IMG/VR virus record: IMGVR_UViG_3300037483_000295
Location: 1 to 44,406 of that record
Direction: 5' to 3' (one strand)
Source of the DNA: a virus
Taxonomy: Duplodnaviria > Caudoviricetes
Length of the DNA stretch: 44,406 bases
The position numbers and the translations under genes were made by a program. This document shows, one piece after another, positions 17,619-26,969 of this stretch; the stretch's first letter is position 1, and each line of letters begins with the position of its first letter. The notes under the pieces are model-generated. The model saw only the letters and a program-made list of their open reading frames with translations, was not told the origin of the DNA and searched no databases.

Positions 17619-19108
17619 GCCACTACCGCCAGGATCGCCATCAATGCCTCTTCGTCATCGTTGACTGCCTGCTGCAACCCCAGGGCACGGGCCATTGCCA
17701 TGATACGGGTCATCTCCAGGACGGCGCTTTGAGCCGATAGGAATGCAATCTCGCGCTCCAGGTCCGGATTGATCCGGTATGTGACCTCCAGGAGCGGCCG
17801 GTTTGTGACCGTCTTGGCCTTCTGCCGCTTCGGCTTCGGCGCCGGCCGCTCGATCCGCTCTACAGCCTCGGGGATTTCCTCGGAAATCAACTCCGAGATG
17901 ATCCGCCGCTGCTCCTGGATCGTCCGGGGCTGCACGATCCGGCCGTCCGGCAAGAGAATGCGCCTGAGCTTTCCGCGGATCGGCGGGTATTGCTTGGTCT
18001 GGCCTGGATGATGCCCGCCAGCCCCAACAACCGCAGTCTCCGTCTCAACATCCGCAAGAATGGCTTCCAGGGTCGTGGTGAGCGTGAGCCCAGACCGCAG
18101 GAAGACCGCATTCAACGTGGTCTGCAACGTCTGGCGGGCCTGAAGGACGGTGTTGAGGCTCGCCGTCAGCGTCAAGGTCGTGCCACCGGCCAGGATCGCA
18201 TCCAGGCTGGTCTGCGCCAGCTTGACAGCCATCAACAGCGCGTCGGTCGTTACCGTCTTTGTCTGCACCCCTGACAGCAGGGCATTGACCGAAACCGTTG
18301 ACGTGAGCTGCTTCTTGAGGACCGTCCCCAGAGTGGTCGTAACGGTGCTCGTAGTTATGCTGGCGAGAACCGCATTCATCGTCGCCTGAGCGGTCTTCAT
18401 GGACTGAAGCAGGCCCGTCAGGCTTGCAGTACCGGTGATACCGGTTCTCTGAAGAATGCCGGCGAGAGTTGCGGTCTTAGTGACGGTAGTGGCGCCAGTG
18501 ATATCCGTCGCCGTGAAGCTGCTGAGATGATTGCCGTTTGTGTCCGAGCCAATACCCTGAAACCACATTCCGGCCCGGCCGGCCGCCGTGATTGCCGTAT
18601 CGGTAATTGGCCCGATCCGGAGAACATCGTCGACATAAACGGAAATCTGGTCGCCGTCCGCCCTGAGACGAACGACAGGCTCGTCTCCTGGCGTCAGGAC
18701 CTCTGCGTATGAGCCAAGAGAGGTAAATGTTCCTGCAACGTATTTCCCGAGCAACCACTGACCGCCCAATCCGAACGAGCCATCGGTTATGTACCGCAAC
18801 AGGTACCCAGTCACAGCGCTGGTCGAGAGCCGTATCACCACCCCGTCAGCAAAGGCCGGCGAAGTATTCGCGATGTGCTTGAGCGGCGCCGCTATTTCAT
18901 AGTTGGCATTGATAGGCGTGCCGGAGGCGTACCACATAGCAACGTCGCCGTTGGCCGTGCTGTGGCGTGCACGGTTGGCGTCAGAAATGTTTATGTCGCC
19001 AGTGAACGTGACTGTGTGCTCTGTCCACGTTGCGCCAGTCTCGCCGGTATGGAAGCCGAGGCTCTGGTTGCTCGTGTCTGTGAAGCTGTCGGAGACGAAC
19101 GTCGCCAT
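17615..19108 (-). CDS. putative head fibre/appendage: lectin-like N-domain, Thr-rich repeats, C-terminal DDEEAL anchor
   Basis: beta-sandwich-like N-terminus (DSFTD..GATW..GYLL..GRAG); about ten 14-16 aa T-x-T-x-[ST]-L-x-A-[ILV]-L repeats. Confidence 0.6.
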   Translation of the reverse strand: MATFVSDSFTDTSNQSLGFHTGETGATWTEHTVTFTGDINISDANRARHSTANGDVAMWYASGTPINANYEIAAPLKHIANTSPAFADGVVIRLSTSAVTGYLLRYITDGSFGLGGQWLLGKYVAGTFTSLGSYAEVLTPGDEPVVRLRADGDQISVYVDDVLRIGPITDTAITAAGRAGMWFQGIGSDTNGNHLSSFTATDITGATTVTKTATLAGILQRTGITGTASLTGLLQSMKTAQATMNAVLASITTSTVTTTLGTVLKKQLTSTVSVNALLSGVQTKTVTTDALLMAVKLAQTSLDAILAGGTTLTLTASLNTVLQARQTLQTTLNAVFLRSGLTLTTTLEAILADVETETAVVGAGGHHPGQTKQYPPIRGKLRRILLPDGRIVQPRTIQEQRRIISELISEEIPEAVERIERPAPKPKRQKAKTVTNRPLLEVTYRINPDLEREIAFLSAQSAVLEMTRIMAMARALGLQQAVNDDEEALMAILAVVA

Positions 19109-19560
19109 TAGGGTTTCCGGCCCGGAAACGTCGGCGCCAGCCCCTTGCCGACCATCTCGATCAGCTCATCCGTCGTCTCGGCCGCCGACAGGTCGATATC
19201 GCACCGCGCGGCAATCTGGTTGATCTTGCCGGTGTCACCGGAGACCAATGAGCGGCTCTCGCTGTTCGGCAGGGCGATCCAGCCTTCGCGCGCCGTCACG
19301 CCCTGATGATCGACCGCATCAACCTCGATCAGGCACCAGTCATAGACCGGCATGCCGTAGGTCAGGCTCTCCGGGTCTTCGTCAGTCGGGATGATCGCGT
19401 GCCAGCCGGTAAGCCCTTCTGACGGCGCATCAGCACGATACGGGTCGAAAAGTGTACCGGTGCCGATCAGCGGTGCGATGTAGTAGGACTTGGACAATGC
19501 TCTCGCCACTCTTCCTCGCCCTCGCTGATCCCGAGAAGCATTGATGCCGCGATTTGCCAC
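19108..19560 (-). CDS. hypothetical protein coupled to the fibre gene (start may be TTG at 19497)
   Basis: YYIAPLIGTGT..DPYRA; stop overlaps the fibre start. Confidence 0.65.
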   Translation of the reverse strand: MANRGINASRDQRGRGRVARALSKSYYIAPLIGTGTLFDPYRADAPSEGLTGWHAIIPTDEDPESLTYGMPVYDWCLIEVDAVDHQGVTAREGWIALPNSESRSLVSGDTGKINQIAARCDIDLSAAETTDELIEMVGKGLAPTFPGRKP

Positions 19561-19582
19561 CAGGCCGCATCCGCGCTACGGT
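19554..19582 (+). promoter_or_regulatory. sigma70-like promoter giving a leaderless mRNA
   Basis: TTGCCA-17bp-TACGGT, ATG 7 nt downstream, no RBS. Confidence 0.55.
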
Positions 19583-19589
19583 TGCCGGC

Positions 19590-19784
19590 ATGCTCGATTG
19601 GCTCAAATCATGGTCCCGGCCACGGCCACGCCTGCCGCGCAGCTACATGGTCCTCGATCCCTGGAATAAGCCGATCAGCCACGGCCACCCGGATCAGGAG
19701 TCTGCGATCAAGGCCGCCGAAGAGCGGATGGGCCACGACTGGCGCTGGATGATCGAGTGCGGTTTCAGGATCAGTTGGAGTTAG
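19590..19784 (+). CDS. antisense moron protein inside the head cluster
   Basis: MLDWLKSW...AIKAAEERMGHDWRWMIECGFRISWS; occupies an otherwise empty gap; has its own promoter. Confidence 0.6.
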   Translation: MLDWLKSWSRPRPRLPRSYMVLDPWNKPISHGHPDQESAIKAAEERMGHDWRWMIECGFRISWS

Positions 19785-20083
19785 GGATACAAATCCTCGG
19801 TCGTCATCACGACGGCCTCGCCGTTGAAGTAGCACCGGACCCCGTTCAGTTCGCCGACCAGCCAGGACACCTTATGAGTAGGATCGCCGTTGAACGGCAT
19901 CTTGATCCCGTGGCGCATGAAGGCCTTCCCGCCATTGACCAGCATCGCCCCATCCTTGGAGATCGCTCGCGACCAGCCGTCTTCCTTGCTGGTTTCACAG
20001 TCGGCGAACTTGGGCGTCAGGTCGCGGTAGATATCGCCACCATGTGTTTTGCGCGTATCCCGCAATGATCCATTCCTTGCCAC
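19781..20083 (-). CDS. hypothetical protein
   Basis: ORF in the late operon with GC3 bias. Confidence 0.6.
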   Translation of the reverse strand: MARNGSLRDTRKTHGGDIYRDLTPKFADCETSKEDGWSRAISKDGAMLVNGGKAFMRHGIKMPFNGDPTHKVSWLVGELNGVRCYFNGEAVVMTTEDLYP

Positions 20084-20213
20084 TGTTATCAGCCACCTTC
20101 AGCGCAGCCCTCCCGGTATTCTTGTGCCGTCTGCGCAAAATCTCCCGCCAGTACGGCCAATACGTAAGTTCAATCGCGCGCTCGACCTCCGGCGGAAAAT
20201 CAGGTCTCGTCAT
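19995..20213 (-). CDS. hypothetical protein
   Basis: Overlaps both neighbours; may be shorter or spurious. Confidence 0.4.
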   Translation of the reverse strand: MTRPDFPPEVERAIELTYWPYWREILRRRHKNTGRAALKVADNSGKEWIIAGYAQNTWWRYLPRPDAQVRRL

Positions 20214-20694
20214 AGCTGACCGTCAACGTCTCGCCCGGCGTCGTCCCCTGCGCAGCACCTTGCCGCACTTCCATCGCCAGCACGGCAAAGCCGGTCAGGA
20301 TGCCCGTCCCCGCAAAGGTCCCGGTGAACATGGTCAGGAAACCTGCTGCCGTGTAGGCGAAGGCATCCAGGAAGCCCGTGGTCGCCGAGGGCTCGACAGG
20401 TGCAGTAAACGCTCCCGCAGCCCGTGCCCACAGGAACACCAGCGTTCCGAAGCCGTTTGCCCCATCCATGTACATGCCGACGTTCTGGATATCCGTCGAC
20501 GGAGCCGCCGTGACATTCAGGCCTAGCCATTTCTCATAGGAGAATTCCGAGGTCGCACCAGTCGGGACCACGAGCCGGTTGACCGCATCCACGGTGGCGT
20601 TGTCGGCGTTCTTGAACCGGACGGTCCCCGAGGTCTTGTCGGTCGGCGTTTGCGAGCCGGTGTTGAACTCGGTCAGTAGGACTGTGGCAGCCAT
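20200..20694 (-). CDS. Thr/Ala/Gly-rich virion structural protein (head decoration/appendage subunit)
   Basis: MAATV..RFKNADNATVD..SYEKWL..SYDET, beta-rich; GAGG RBS; directly after the portal. Confidence 0.6.
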   Translation of the reverse strand: MAATVLLTEFNTGSQTPTDKTSGTVRFKNADNATVDAVNRLVVPTGATSEFSYEKWLGLNVTAAPSTDIQNVGMYMDGANGFGTLVFLWARAAGAFTAPVEPSATTGFLDAFAYTAAGFLTMFTGTFAGTGILTGFAVLAMEVRQGAAQGTTPGETLTVSYDET

Positions 20695-20701
20695 GTCAAC
20701 C

Positions 20702-22924
20702 TCACTGTAGCGTCCCGTTCATGTGGACCTTGGCGCCCTGTACCCGTCCATCCGCGCCGCGCACGACTTCCACGTTCTTCTCCTGCGTCACCGCCTGATA
20801 GATGCCCTGCAACATCTGCGCCTGCTGCTGAGTGGCCTGCACAATGAGGTCCGCAAGAGCCAGCATGCCCTGCTTCATCTCTTCCATGTGTTCGTTGTCA
20901 GGCGAGATGCCCATGCCGGCCTTCACGTCCATCACGTCACGGGACTTGCGGGCCTCAAGTTCTTTCCCGAACATCTCGCCCTTGGCCTGATGTTCCAACA
21001 TCATCTTCTGGCGCTCCATCTCAAGGCCGGCCTGCGTCTTCTGCCATTCGAGCTGAAGCTGCGCCTCGGTCTTCTGCTTCTCCAAGGCGAGCTGCGCCTG
21101 CGTTTTCTGCTGGTCCATCTGCAACTGAGCCTTGGCGACCTCCTGCTTGCCCTGGACCTCGATCATCTTCGGATCAGGCGGCGGCGGAGGCGGAGGACCA
21201 GCCTCCTGCGGATTGGTGAAAAAGCCGCCTTTGTAGCCCGAGTTCTCGCTGATCTTGGAAAGCAGGTTGTACACGTTGTCCGCCGTGACCAGCGGGCCGT
21301 TCAATCCGCCCTGCAATCCCACGATCTCCTTCTGGATGTTCGCCAGATTCATCAGGTGGGCGAGCATCTGGTCACGGTTGCCCGTCCCCAGCCCGACGTT
21401 GATCGTGATGTCAAATCCGTTCTTCCACTCCGAGGGATCCATCGGCACCCACTGATTGCGGAGCCGGATCGTGCGGGCCTTGTCCTGGTATGTCGTGAGA
21501 TTGAACAGGATGAGCTTGAAGATGTCCTTGACGCCCGTCTCGGCGAAGATGCGGGCGATCAACTCGATCCGCTGCTGGGCGGCCGACATGATCTGCGTAA
21601 TGCCCGAGGCCGTCTTGTTCAGGCTGTTGGCATCTACCCCCTGATTGTACCGCGTGACGCCCGTGCGGTTCTCGCGCACGCCATCCAGGTATTCCAGGGC
21701 AGGAAAGGCCGCCTGGGCCACGAAGGGCGTGGCGAGCGGCATCACATGGCCGGCGCTAGGCAGCGCCCCCGTCTTGAGCCGGATGATCCCGCCAGGCCGG
21801 GAGACAAGCATGTCGTCCAGGTTCACCTGATCGGAAATCACGCTGCGCTGATTGTTGTTCAGGTACAGGTTGTCAAGGAACTGCCGCAGGATGGCGCTCT
21901 TGATCTTCTGCAAGTCCATCACGAGGTCGGCGACAGACCGGCCGGTAAACCGATGGCTCATCGGAACCGGCGTCACACTGGCAAACGGTCGCGGCCCCTT
22001 CCACGGTTCGTTGTCCAGGATTTCATTTCCGGCATACGTGACCTTGCGCTTTTCGCCGATCCCGTCCCCGTCGTAGTCCACCATCAGATAGGCTTCAGTA
22101 ACCCAAATCTGGCGCATCGAACGGTCGATATCCGGGTCGTCAAGGTCTTCAACGTCGTCATACCGGGCAAGCCGCTCGGCAGTCAGGTCCTCATCCTCAT
22201 CCGACAGGCGGTCGATCACCTCCTTTCGGTAGCCCATCTCCAATAGCTCGGAGACGGTCTTCTGCGTCCGATGAGCGACGAAAGGCGATTCCTTCCAATC
22301 GATGCCCTTGGCCTGACGTGAGACTAGGAACTCTTCCGGCGGGATCGGCTCTATGCAGACCTTGCCCGTCCGGTCCAGCCGGTTGATCTTCACCCGGTGG
22401 ACATCGCCTTCCTGCTCGTGCTCGACAATCTCGATCTTGCCCTGCATCTCCTGGATGGTCAGACCGATGTAGGCTTCCCCAGTAAGCTCCTGCTCCTCGG
22501 GCTCCTCATCCTCAGGCTCTTCCCAGTAGACCTTGCAGGTGCCGTTCTTCTGCAACAGGGCGTCCTTGAACATGGCGTGAAACACCATGAAGCCCGAGTT
22601 ATCCTTCTGGAAAACCCAATTGCAGTATTCCGTCGCTTGCTTGGCGAGGGCCTCGTCCTCCGCCTGCACGGGGTCGCAGCGGATCACATCCTCGCCGGCC
22701 GTGAAGACCTTCAGCAGGCTCGGCAGGATCCACTCGACGGTATCGGCAACGTCAGTCGAGACGACTTGGCTGCGGCCCTCCTGTTCATCCCCGAACAGCT
22801 CGCCAAGATAGTACTTCATGGCCTGTTCGCGCTGGCTCGACAGCTCGGACGACTGATAGCCCAGGGCGTTGCGTTCGTACGCCTCTAGGATGCCTTTCAG
22901 TTCGCTGTCGGTCATTTTAGGCAT
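20702..22924 (-). CDS. portal protein (P22-like, long C-terminal helical barrel)
   Basis: YYLGE, SQVVSTDVADTVEWILPSL, TGVTRYNQG, NVGLGTG, Gln-rich C-terminal coiled coil; follows TerL. Confidence 0.9.
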   Translation of the reverse strand: MPKMTDSELKGILEAYERNALGYQSSELSSQREQAMKYYLGELFGDEQEGRSQVVSTDVADTVEWILPSLLKVFTAGEDVIRCDPVQAEDEALAKQATEYCNWVFQKDNSGFMVFHAMFKDALLQKNGTCKVYWEEPEDEEPEEQELTGEAYIGLTIQEMQGKIEIVEHEQEGDVHRVKINRLDRTGKVCIEPIPPEEFLVSRQAKGIDWKESPFVAHRTQKTVSELLEMGYRKEVIDRLSDEDEDLTAERLARYDDVEDLDDPDIDRSMRQIWVTEAYLMVDYDGDGIGEKRKVTYAGNEILDNEPWKGPRPFASVTPVPMSHRFTGRSVADLVMDLQKIKSAILRQFLDNLYLNNNQRSVISDQVNLDDMLVSRPGGIIRLKTGALPSAGHVMPLATPFVAQAAFPALEYLDGVRENRTGVTRYNQGVDANSLNKTASGITQIMSAAQQRIELIARIFAETGVKDIFKLILFNLTTYQDKARTIRLRNQWVPMDPSEWKNGFDITINVGLGTGNRDQMLAHLMNLANIQKEIVGLQGGLNGPLVTADNVYNLLSKISENSGYKGGFFTNPQEAGPPPPPPPDPKMIEVQGKQEVAKAQLQMDQQKTQAQLALEKQKTEAQLQLEWQKTQAGLEMERQKMMLEHQAKGEMFGKELEARKSRDVMDVKAGMGISPDNEHMEEMKQGMLALADLIVQATQQQAQMLQGIYQAVTQEKNVEVVRGADGRVQGAKVHMNGTLQ

Positions 22925-22925
22925 G

Positions 22926-23156
22926 TCAGGTAAGCGCGATAGAAATGAAAAGAACGACGGGGAAAGCGACTACTGCGCCTATCAGTCCGCGGTTTCGATA
23001 AAGCCGCTTGTAGCGGTCACGCTCCGACTGGTCGGCAGTTTCGCTGTAGACATTCAATCCTTGCCGCACGGGCCAATCCACACCCGGGATAACAAGCAGC
23101 CTGGACACCGCCCATGCGCTCAACAGCAGGGCGGCAAACACAACCACAATTTCCAT
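22926..23156 (-). CDS. two-TM membrane protein
   Basis: Hydrophobic N- and C-terminal segments. Confidence 0.55.
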   Translation of the reverse strand: MEIVVVFAALLLSAWAVSRLLVIPGVDWPVRQGLNVYSETADQSERDRYKRLYRNRGLIGAVVAFPVVLFISIALT

Positions 23157-23360
23157 TTATCCAGCCCCTATGATGGCCTGGTCCTTGCGGGGCCGGCCGG
23201 GCTTGCGCTTGAACCATCCTGGGGTCGGAGACCGCAAACCAGATTCCTCCAACAACCGGGCAAGCCCTGTATGCCGGCCGCTCAACTCAACGACAGCCGT
23301 ATGCAGCTCCTCCACCCGCGCCTCAAGTTCCTTCATGCGCTTGGCGTCCAGGAAGCTCAT
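23157..23360 (-). CDS. small coiled-coil protein with AT-hook-like KPGRPRK
   Basis: Motif visible; typical position between TerL and portal. Confidence 0.6.
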   Translation of the reverse strand: MSFLDAKRMKELEARVEELHTAVVELSGRHTGLARLLEESGLRSPTPGWFKRKPGRPRKDQAIIGAG

Positions 23361-23521
23361 AGGACCAGCTCTTTCGTATCCGGGTTCCATCGAACGTCAC
23401 TGCGAGGATCGGGGCTCAGGTCTGGGCCAGGGAGAGGACGACGCCTGAAGAGCCAAGCCCAGCCAAGCAGAAGGAGCGGCGCGGCAAACCAGCCAAGGAT
23501 GACGGCAACCAGAAAGCTCAT
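23357..23521 (-). CDS. 54-aa single-TM protein
   Basis: Not in the ORF track. MSFLVAVILGWFAAPLLLLGWAWLFRRR..., ATGA-coupled at both ends. Confidence 0.55.
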   Translation of the reverse strand: MSFLVAVILGWFAAPLLLLGWAWLFRRRPLPGPDLSPDPRSDVRWNPDTKELVL

Positions 23522-24795
23522 ACGATCCCACCTTTCGGATAAACGATCGGCTTCATCTTCCCCTCATCCGGCTTCAGTCCCAGCGCCAGGTATCTGAACG
23601 CGTCCGCAGCATGGCTGCACCAGTCGTGCAACGGCCGCTGCTTGAATGCCTTCAGTTTCTCGTCGTACTCCCGGCGATACTGCCGCAGGGCTTCCAGGCC
23701 GCGCTTGCATTTCTCGGCATCGAACCAGCACCGCGCCAGCAGCAGACGCGCTGCGTTGATCCCGTCGTCTACTGATTGGATCGGCAATACCCGTGGATTG
23801 ATGCCTAGGCTGCGGAGCGTCTCGACCCGGCTTACCCCGGTCCCCAGCTCCTTGACCTCCGCGTCATGCGGCAGGATGTGCTCGCCGTAGACGTAGCCCA
23901 GCGCCTTGCGGGACAGCAGCTCGTTGGCGTACCAGGACAGCCCTACCCCGGAGTTTTCGAGATAGTCGATCAGCCGGACCTCGTTGCCGACCTGCTGAAC
24001 GAACCAGATCGCCGTGCTGTCGCCGATGCCCAAATCCCAGGCAGTGTGGACAGGTGTCTTGGGCTCCCAGGCGACGGACCTTACCCTCTTCTGCCCGTCC
24101 AAGGCGGTTAGGAGCTTGCCGTAATAGCTGCCCTGGATCGCCGCCTCAAAGGAGCACTCGAACTCCTGAGCGTACTGGTCCTCAGACATTTCCTTTGCCG
24201 CCATAACCAGCTCGGGCGGCGGAATCAGACCCGTCTCGCTGGCCCTGTACATAGCGGTAAACCAGGAGTCATCCTCCCTGGCCCGCTGGTAGACATCCCA
24301 GAAGCCGTTCTTGCCCTTGGGCGTGCCTATGAAGATCGCCCAACCACCTCGGTCTGTGAGGGTCGGCAGGATAACCTCAGCCCACATACGGGGGTCCATG
24401 TCGGCGTATTCGTCGAGGACAACACCGTCAAGGTAGATGCCCCTGAGGCGATCCGGGTTATCCGCGCCATAAAGCCGTACACGCGCGCCGTTGGGGTAGT
24501 CGACCCTGAGCTCGGACTCATTGGCCTCCGTCCCCGGAACAGGCATGGCGTAGTGCTTGAGGTAGGACCACGCGATATCCTTGGTCTGATTGAAGAACGG
24601 CCCGATATAGGCGAACCGGCCATCCTTCTTTTTGCACCGCAGCGCCGCGTCATTCAGGCTGTTGACGCAAAACACCGTCTTGCCAAACCGCCGATGGGCA
24701 ACCAGAACATTGAACCGCCGCAGGCTGTCATGCAGCCGGGCCTGTAGGGGGCGGGGCTCATAGCCGGTGCTAATCCGTTGGCGTACGGCCGACAC
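23518..24795 (-). CDS. terL: terminase large subunit
   Basis: Walker A HRRFGKT, Walker B VVLDEYA, GTPKG, nuclease WDLG..D and HAADAFRY. Confidence 0.95.
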   Translation of the reverse strand: MSAVRQRISTGYEPRPLQARLHDSLRRFNVLVAHRRFGKTVFCVNSLNDAALRCKKKDGRFAYIGPFFNQTKDIAWSYLKHYAMPVPGTEANESELRVDYPNGARVRLYGADNPDRLRGIYLDGVVLDEYADMDPRMWAEVILPTLTDRGGWAIFIGTPKGKNGFWDVYQRAREDDSWFTAMYRASETGLIPPPELVMAAKEMSEDQYAQEFECSFEAAIQGSYYGKLLTALDGQKRVRSVAWEPKTPVHTAWDLGIGDSTAIWFVQQVGNEVRLIDYLENSGVGLSWYANELLSRKALGYVYGEHILPHDAEVKELGTGVSRVETLRSLGINPRVLPIQSVDDGINAARLLLARCWFDAEKCKRGLEALRQYRREYDEKLKAFKQRPLHDWCSHAADAFRYLALGLKPDEGKMKPIVYPKGGIV

Positions 24796-25024
24796 CCGTT
24801 ATGACCTCTAGCGTGATGGGATTGTCCTTGTCGCCCGTGACCTGCAAAGGCAGCACCTTGCCGACCAGGGCCAGGAACGCCGTGGGGCTCTCCGCGGCCT
24901 GCCTGGCGAGGTAATCCCGCCCGCCTACGTCATCCAGGGCAGAGAGGATCATGTCCTTTAGCGAGGCCGTGAGGCGGTTGGGCGTGCCTTTCACACGGCC
25001 GCCGGTCTTTTTGCCCTTCGCCAT
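24770..25024 (-). CDS. terS: terminase small subunit
   Basis: KTGGRVKGTPN...FLALVGKVLP; directly upstream of TerL. Confidence 0.8.
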   Translation of the reverse strand: MAKGKKTGGRVKGTPNRLTASLKDMILSALDDVGGRDYLARQAAESPTAFLALVGKVLPLQVTGDKDNPITLEVITGVGRTPTD

Positions 25025-25044
25025 CTACATCGCCCTACTGTGGA

Positions 25045-25203
25045 TCAATCCGGCGGTGCTCTATGGCCCAGCAGATAGGCCAGCATGCCCCGCAATTCGT
25101 GTCTCCAATCCCCCTTGGTCACGTTGCAGCCTATCCAAAGGGCAAGTCCAATCCACAGGACAGCTAGAGCGGCTCCGACAATCAATGCGGTCACGGGCTC
25201 CAT
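25045..25203 (-). CDS. small TM protein
   Basis: Hydrophobic N-terminus. Confidence 0.5.
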   Translation of the reverse strand: MEPVTALIVGAALAVLWIGLALWIGCNVTKGDWRHELRGMLAYLLGHRAPPD

Positions 25204-25366
25204 TTCAGCACCGCCTCCCGCTCTTTGATGCAGCACTCCATGCACCTGTCCGCCCCGGTGCCGTAGTGCTCTGTCAGGATGTAGGGGCAGACGAGGCAGC
25301 GAGCTGGGCCTAGATTGTGGCCGACATGCGGCAGTACAGGCATTAGCTGTTGATCTGCAAGGCTCA

Positions 25367-25675
25367 TCACAATTGCCCGATTAAAGCCCAAAGCTGTTCG
25401 CGGGACCGCTTGTTCATGCGCGATCTGTAAGACCGCTGGGCCGAAGTTTGAGCCGGCAAGCTAGAGAGATTCCAACAATACCATTGAACATCTCTGCACT
25501 CAGCCGGAGCCGGCCAAATGCTGTCGATACTTTCCCAGCATCGTTTCTTGGAAAAATGGAGTGGATGATTCTTGGGCGGCACCCATTGCAACCGAACTCG
25601 GGTAGTTTCAACCCGCACTATGCGGCCAACAGTGCCTTCTTCACTGATTACAAGCTGCCCAATTTGCGGAATCAT
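25367..25675 (-). CDS. hypothetical protein (lower GC)
   Basis: Overlapping start/stop with neighbours. Confidence 0.5.
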   Translation of the reverse strand: MIPQIGQLVISEEGTVGRIVRVETTRVRLQWVPPKNHPLHFSKKRCWESIDSIWPAPAECRDVQWYCWNLSSLPAQTSAQRSYRSRMNKRSREQLWALIGQL

Positions 25676-25833
25676 TCGCTTCTCAAGCCCTTGCGCTTCG
25701 GCTTGGCCTTGTACAGCCGGGTCATCGGCATGTCGCGCGGGTCAGCAAGGCCGTCAACGCGGTCAGCCGGCTTCATCCATGCCCGTTCCTGGCGGAGGTA
25801 GACGGCGAGCTGCTTGCGGCGGGCGGGGGTCAT
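25672..25833 (-). CDS. small basic hypothetical protein
   Basis: GGAG RBS; first gene after the terminator. Confidence 0.55.
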   Translation of the reverse strand: MTPARRKQLAVYLRQERAWMKPADRVDGLADPRDMPMTRLYKAKPKRKGLRSE

Positions 25834-25851
25834 GGTTGGCTCCGAATAGCG

Positions 25852-25881
25852 AAAAGCCCGCCTACCGTGGGGTAGCGGGCT
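25852..25881 (-). terminator. intrinsic terminator upstream of the late (terminase) operon
   Basis: Minus strand AGCCCGCTACC-ccac-GGTAGGCGGGC-TTTT. Confidence 0.7.
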
Positions 25882-25882
25882 G

Positions 25883-26440
25883 TCATGTTGCGGCGCGGTA
25901 AAGCGGAGTTTCGGGATGGCTCCGCAGTTCGGGTGAAGCGGCCTCCAGGTCGCCAGGAAGGCATGACGCTTCGACCCGCCGGCCGAACAGGTCCATCCAT
26001 ATCTTGACCGCCGCCCCCGTGTCAACCCCAATCAGGGCTAGAAACCCGGCAAACGGGCCGGCCGTGACCCTGACTGTTGCCCCGTGCTTCCAGCGTTGCC
26101 GCTCAATCGGGCTGGGAAGGGCGCACAGGCCGTTCGCGTCTCCCCTGCCCCTGAGGTCGGCTAGGGCGTCCGCGCTCAATGCCAGCGGCCCTGAGGGACC
26201 GTGCAGCACCGTCGAGACGCCGGGGGTCGTGTTGATGGCGTAGATCGACTGGCCGGGGTGGACGGCGGCGAAAATGTACCGGGGGAGCTGCGAGCGCGTG
26301 ACCAGCCGTTCCCGTCTGGCATGCCTGACGGTCTTCCGGTGGTGCAGCCAGAAGGTTTCGTATCCCTGGCGGATCAGGTGCTCTAGCGCGAATTGCTCGC
26401 GGTTGGCGTTCGTGTACACGACGTACCAGGGCATGGTCAT
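25883..26440 (-). CDS. NusG/RfaH-family transcription antiterminator (late-gene regulator position)
   Basis: WYVVYT..RE, LPRYIF, INTTPGVSTVL (NGN domain); VRVTAGPFAGF..LFGR (KOW). Confidence 0.85.
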   Translation of the reverse strand: MTMPWYVVYTNANREQFALEHLIRQGYETFWLHHRKTVRHARRERLVTRSQLPRYIFAAVHPGQSIYAINTTPGVSTVLHGPSGPLALSADALADLRGRGDANGLCALPSPIERQRWKHGATVRVTAGPFAGFLALIGVDTGAAVKIWMDLFGRRVEASCLPGDLEAASPELRSHPETPLYRAAT

Positions 26441-26573
26441 TCCTAGAGCTTGCCAGCAATCACAACGAGTGTGATCGCAATAACGATCTGAGAGATGCCA
26501 ATCAGGGGAAGCCACAATCGGAAACTCTGGATGGCGCTAAACCAGTACGCTGCCAATTCCATCTCACCCCTCC

Positions 26574-26813
26574 TCATTCCTTGGGCCGAGTGGCAAGCAT
26601 CGCCTTAAACGCCGTTCTTGTGGTCAAATCCGGAAGCTCCAAGTTAAGGTTTGGATTCGCGGCTTCAATCATCTCCCGCGTCGGCTCAAGTGGCACGATG
26701 CAGTAGCCGGCCTGCTGTAGGGCGGCGACGAGCAAATCAGTGATTTCCATGGGCGACATGAAATCCGTGTCGCAACAAAAGATGGTTTCAGCCATTTTCT
26801 CCCGATATCCCAT
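26574..26813 (-). CDS. hypothetical protein
   Basis: GYCIVPLEPTREMIEA..FKAML motif common in small phage proteins. Confidence 0.6.
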   Translation of the reverse strand: MGYREKMAETIFCCDTDFMSPMEITDLLVAALQQAGYCIVPLEPTREMIEAANPNLNLELPDLTTRTAFKAMLATRPKE

Positions 26814-26969
26814 TTCACCCTTCCTTTGACCGCTTCACGGCGGCGATAAAAACCCGGCAAACGGCCTCAATGTCGAGCAGGCTCCTTTTGGTCGGCTTAC
26901 AGCCATGCAAGCGCGCGGACGCAAGCACTCGCTCAATATGGATCAGGGCCTCCACCAGCATTTCCTTTG

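Noticed and set aside
20723-22246. Long plus-strand ORFs opposite portal, MCP, GT and ejection genes (e.g. 507 aa, 296 aa, 297 aa, 275 aa)
   Set aside because: Antisense shadows of GC3-biased genes; no RBS or motifs.
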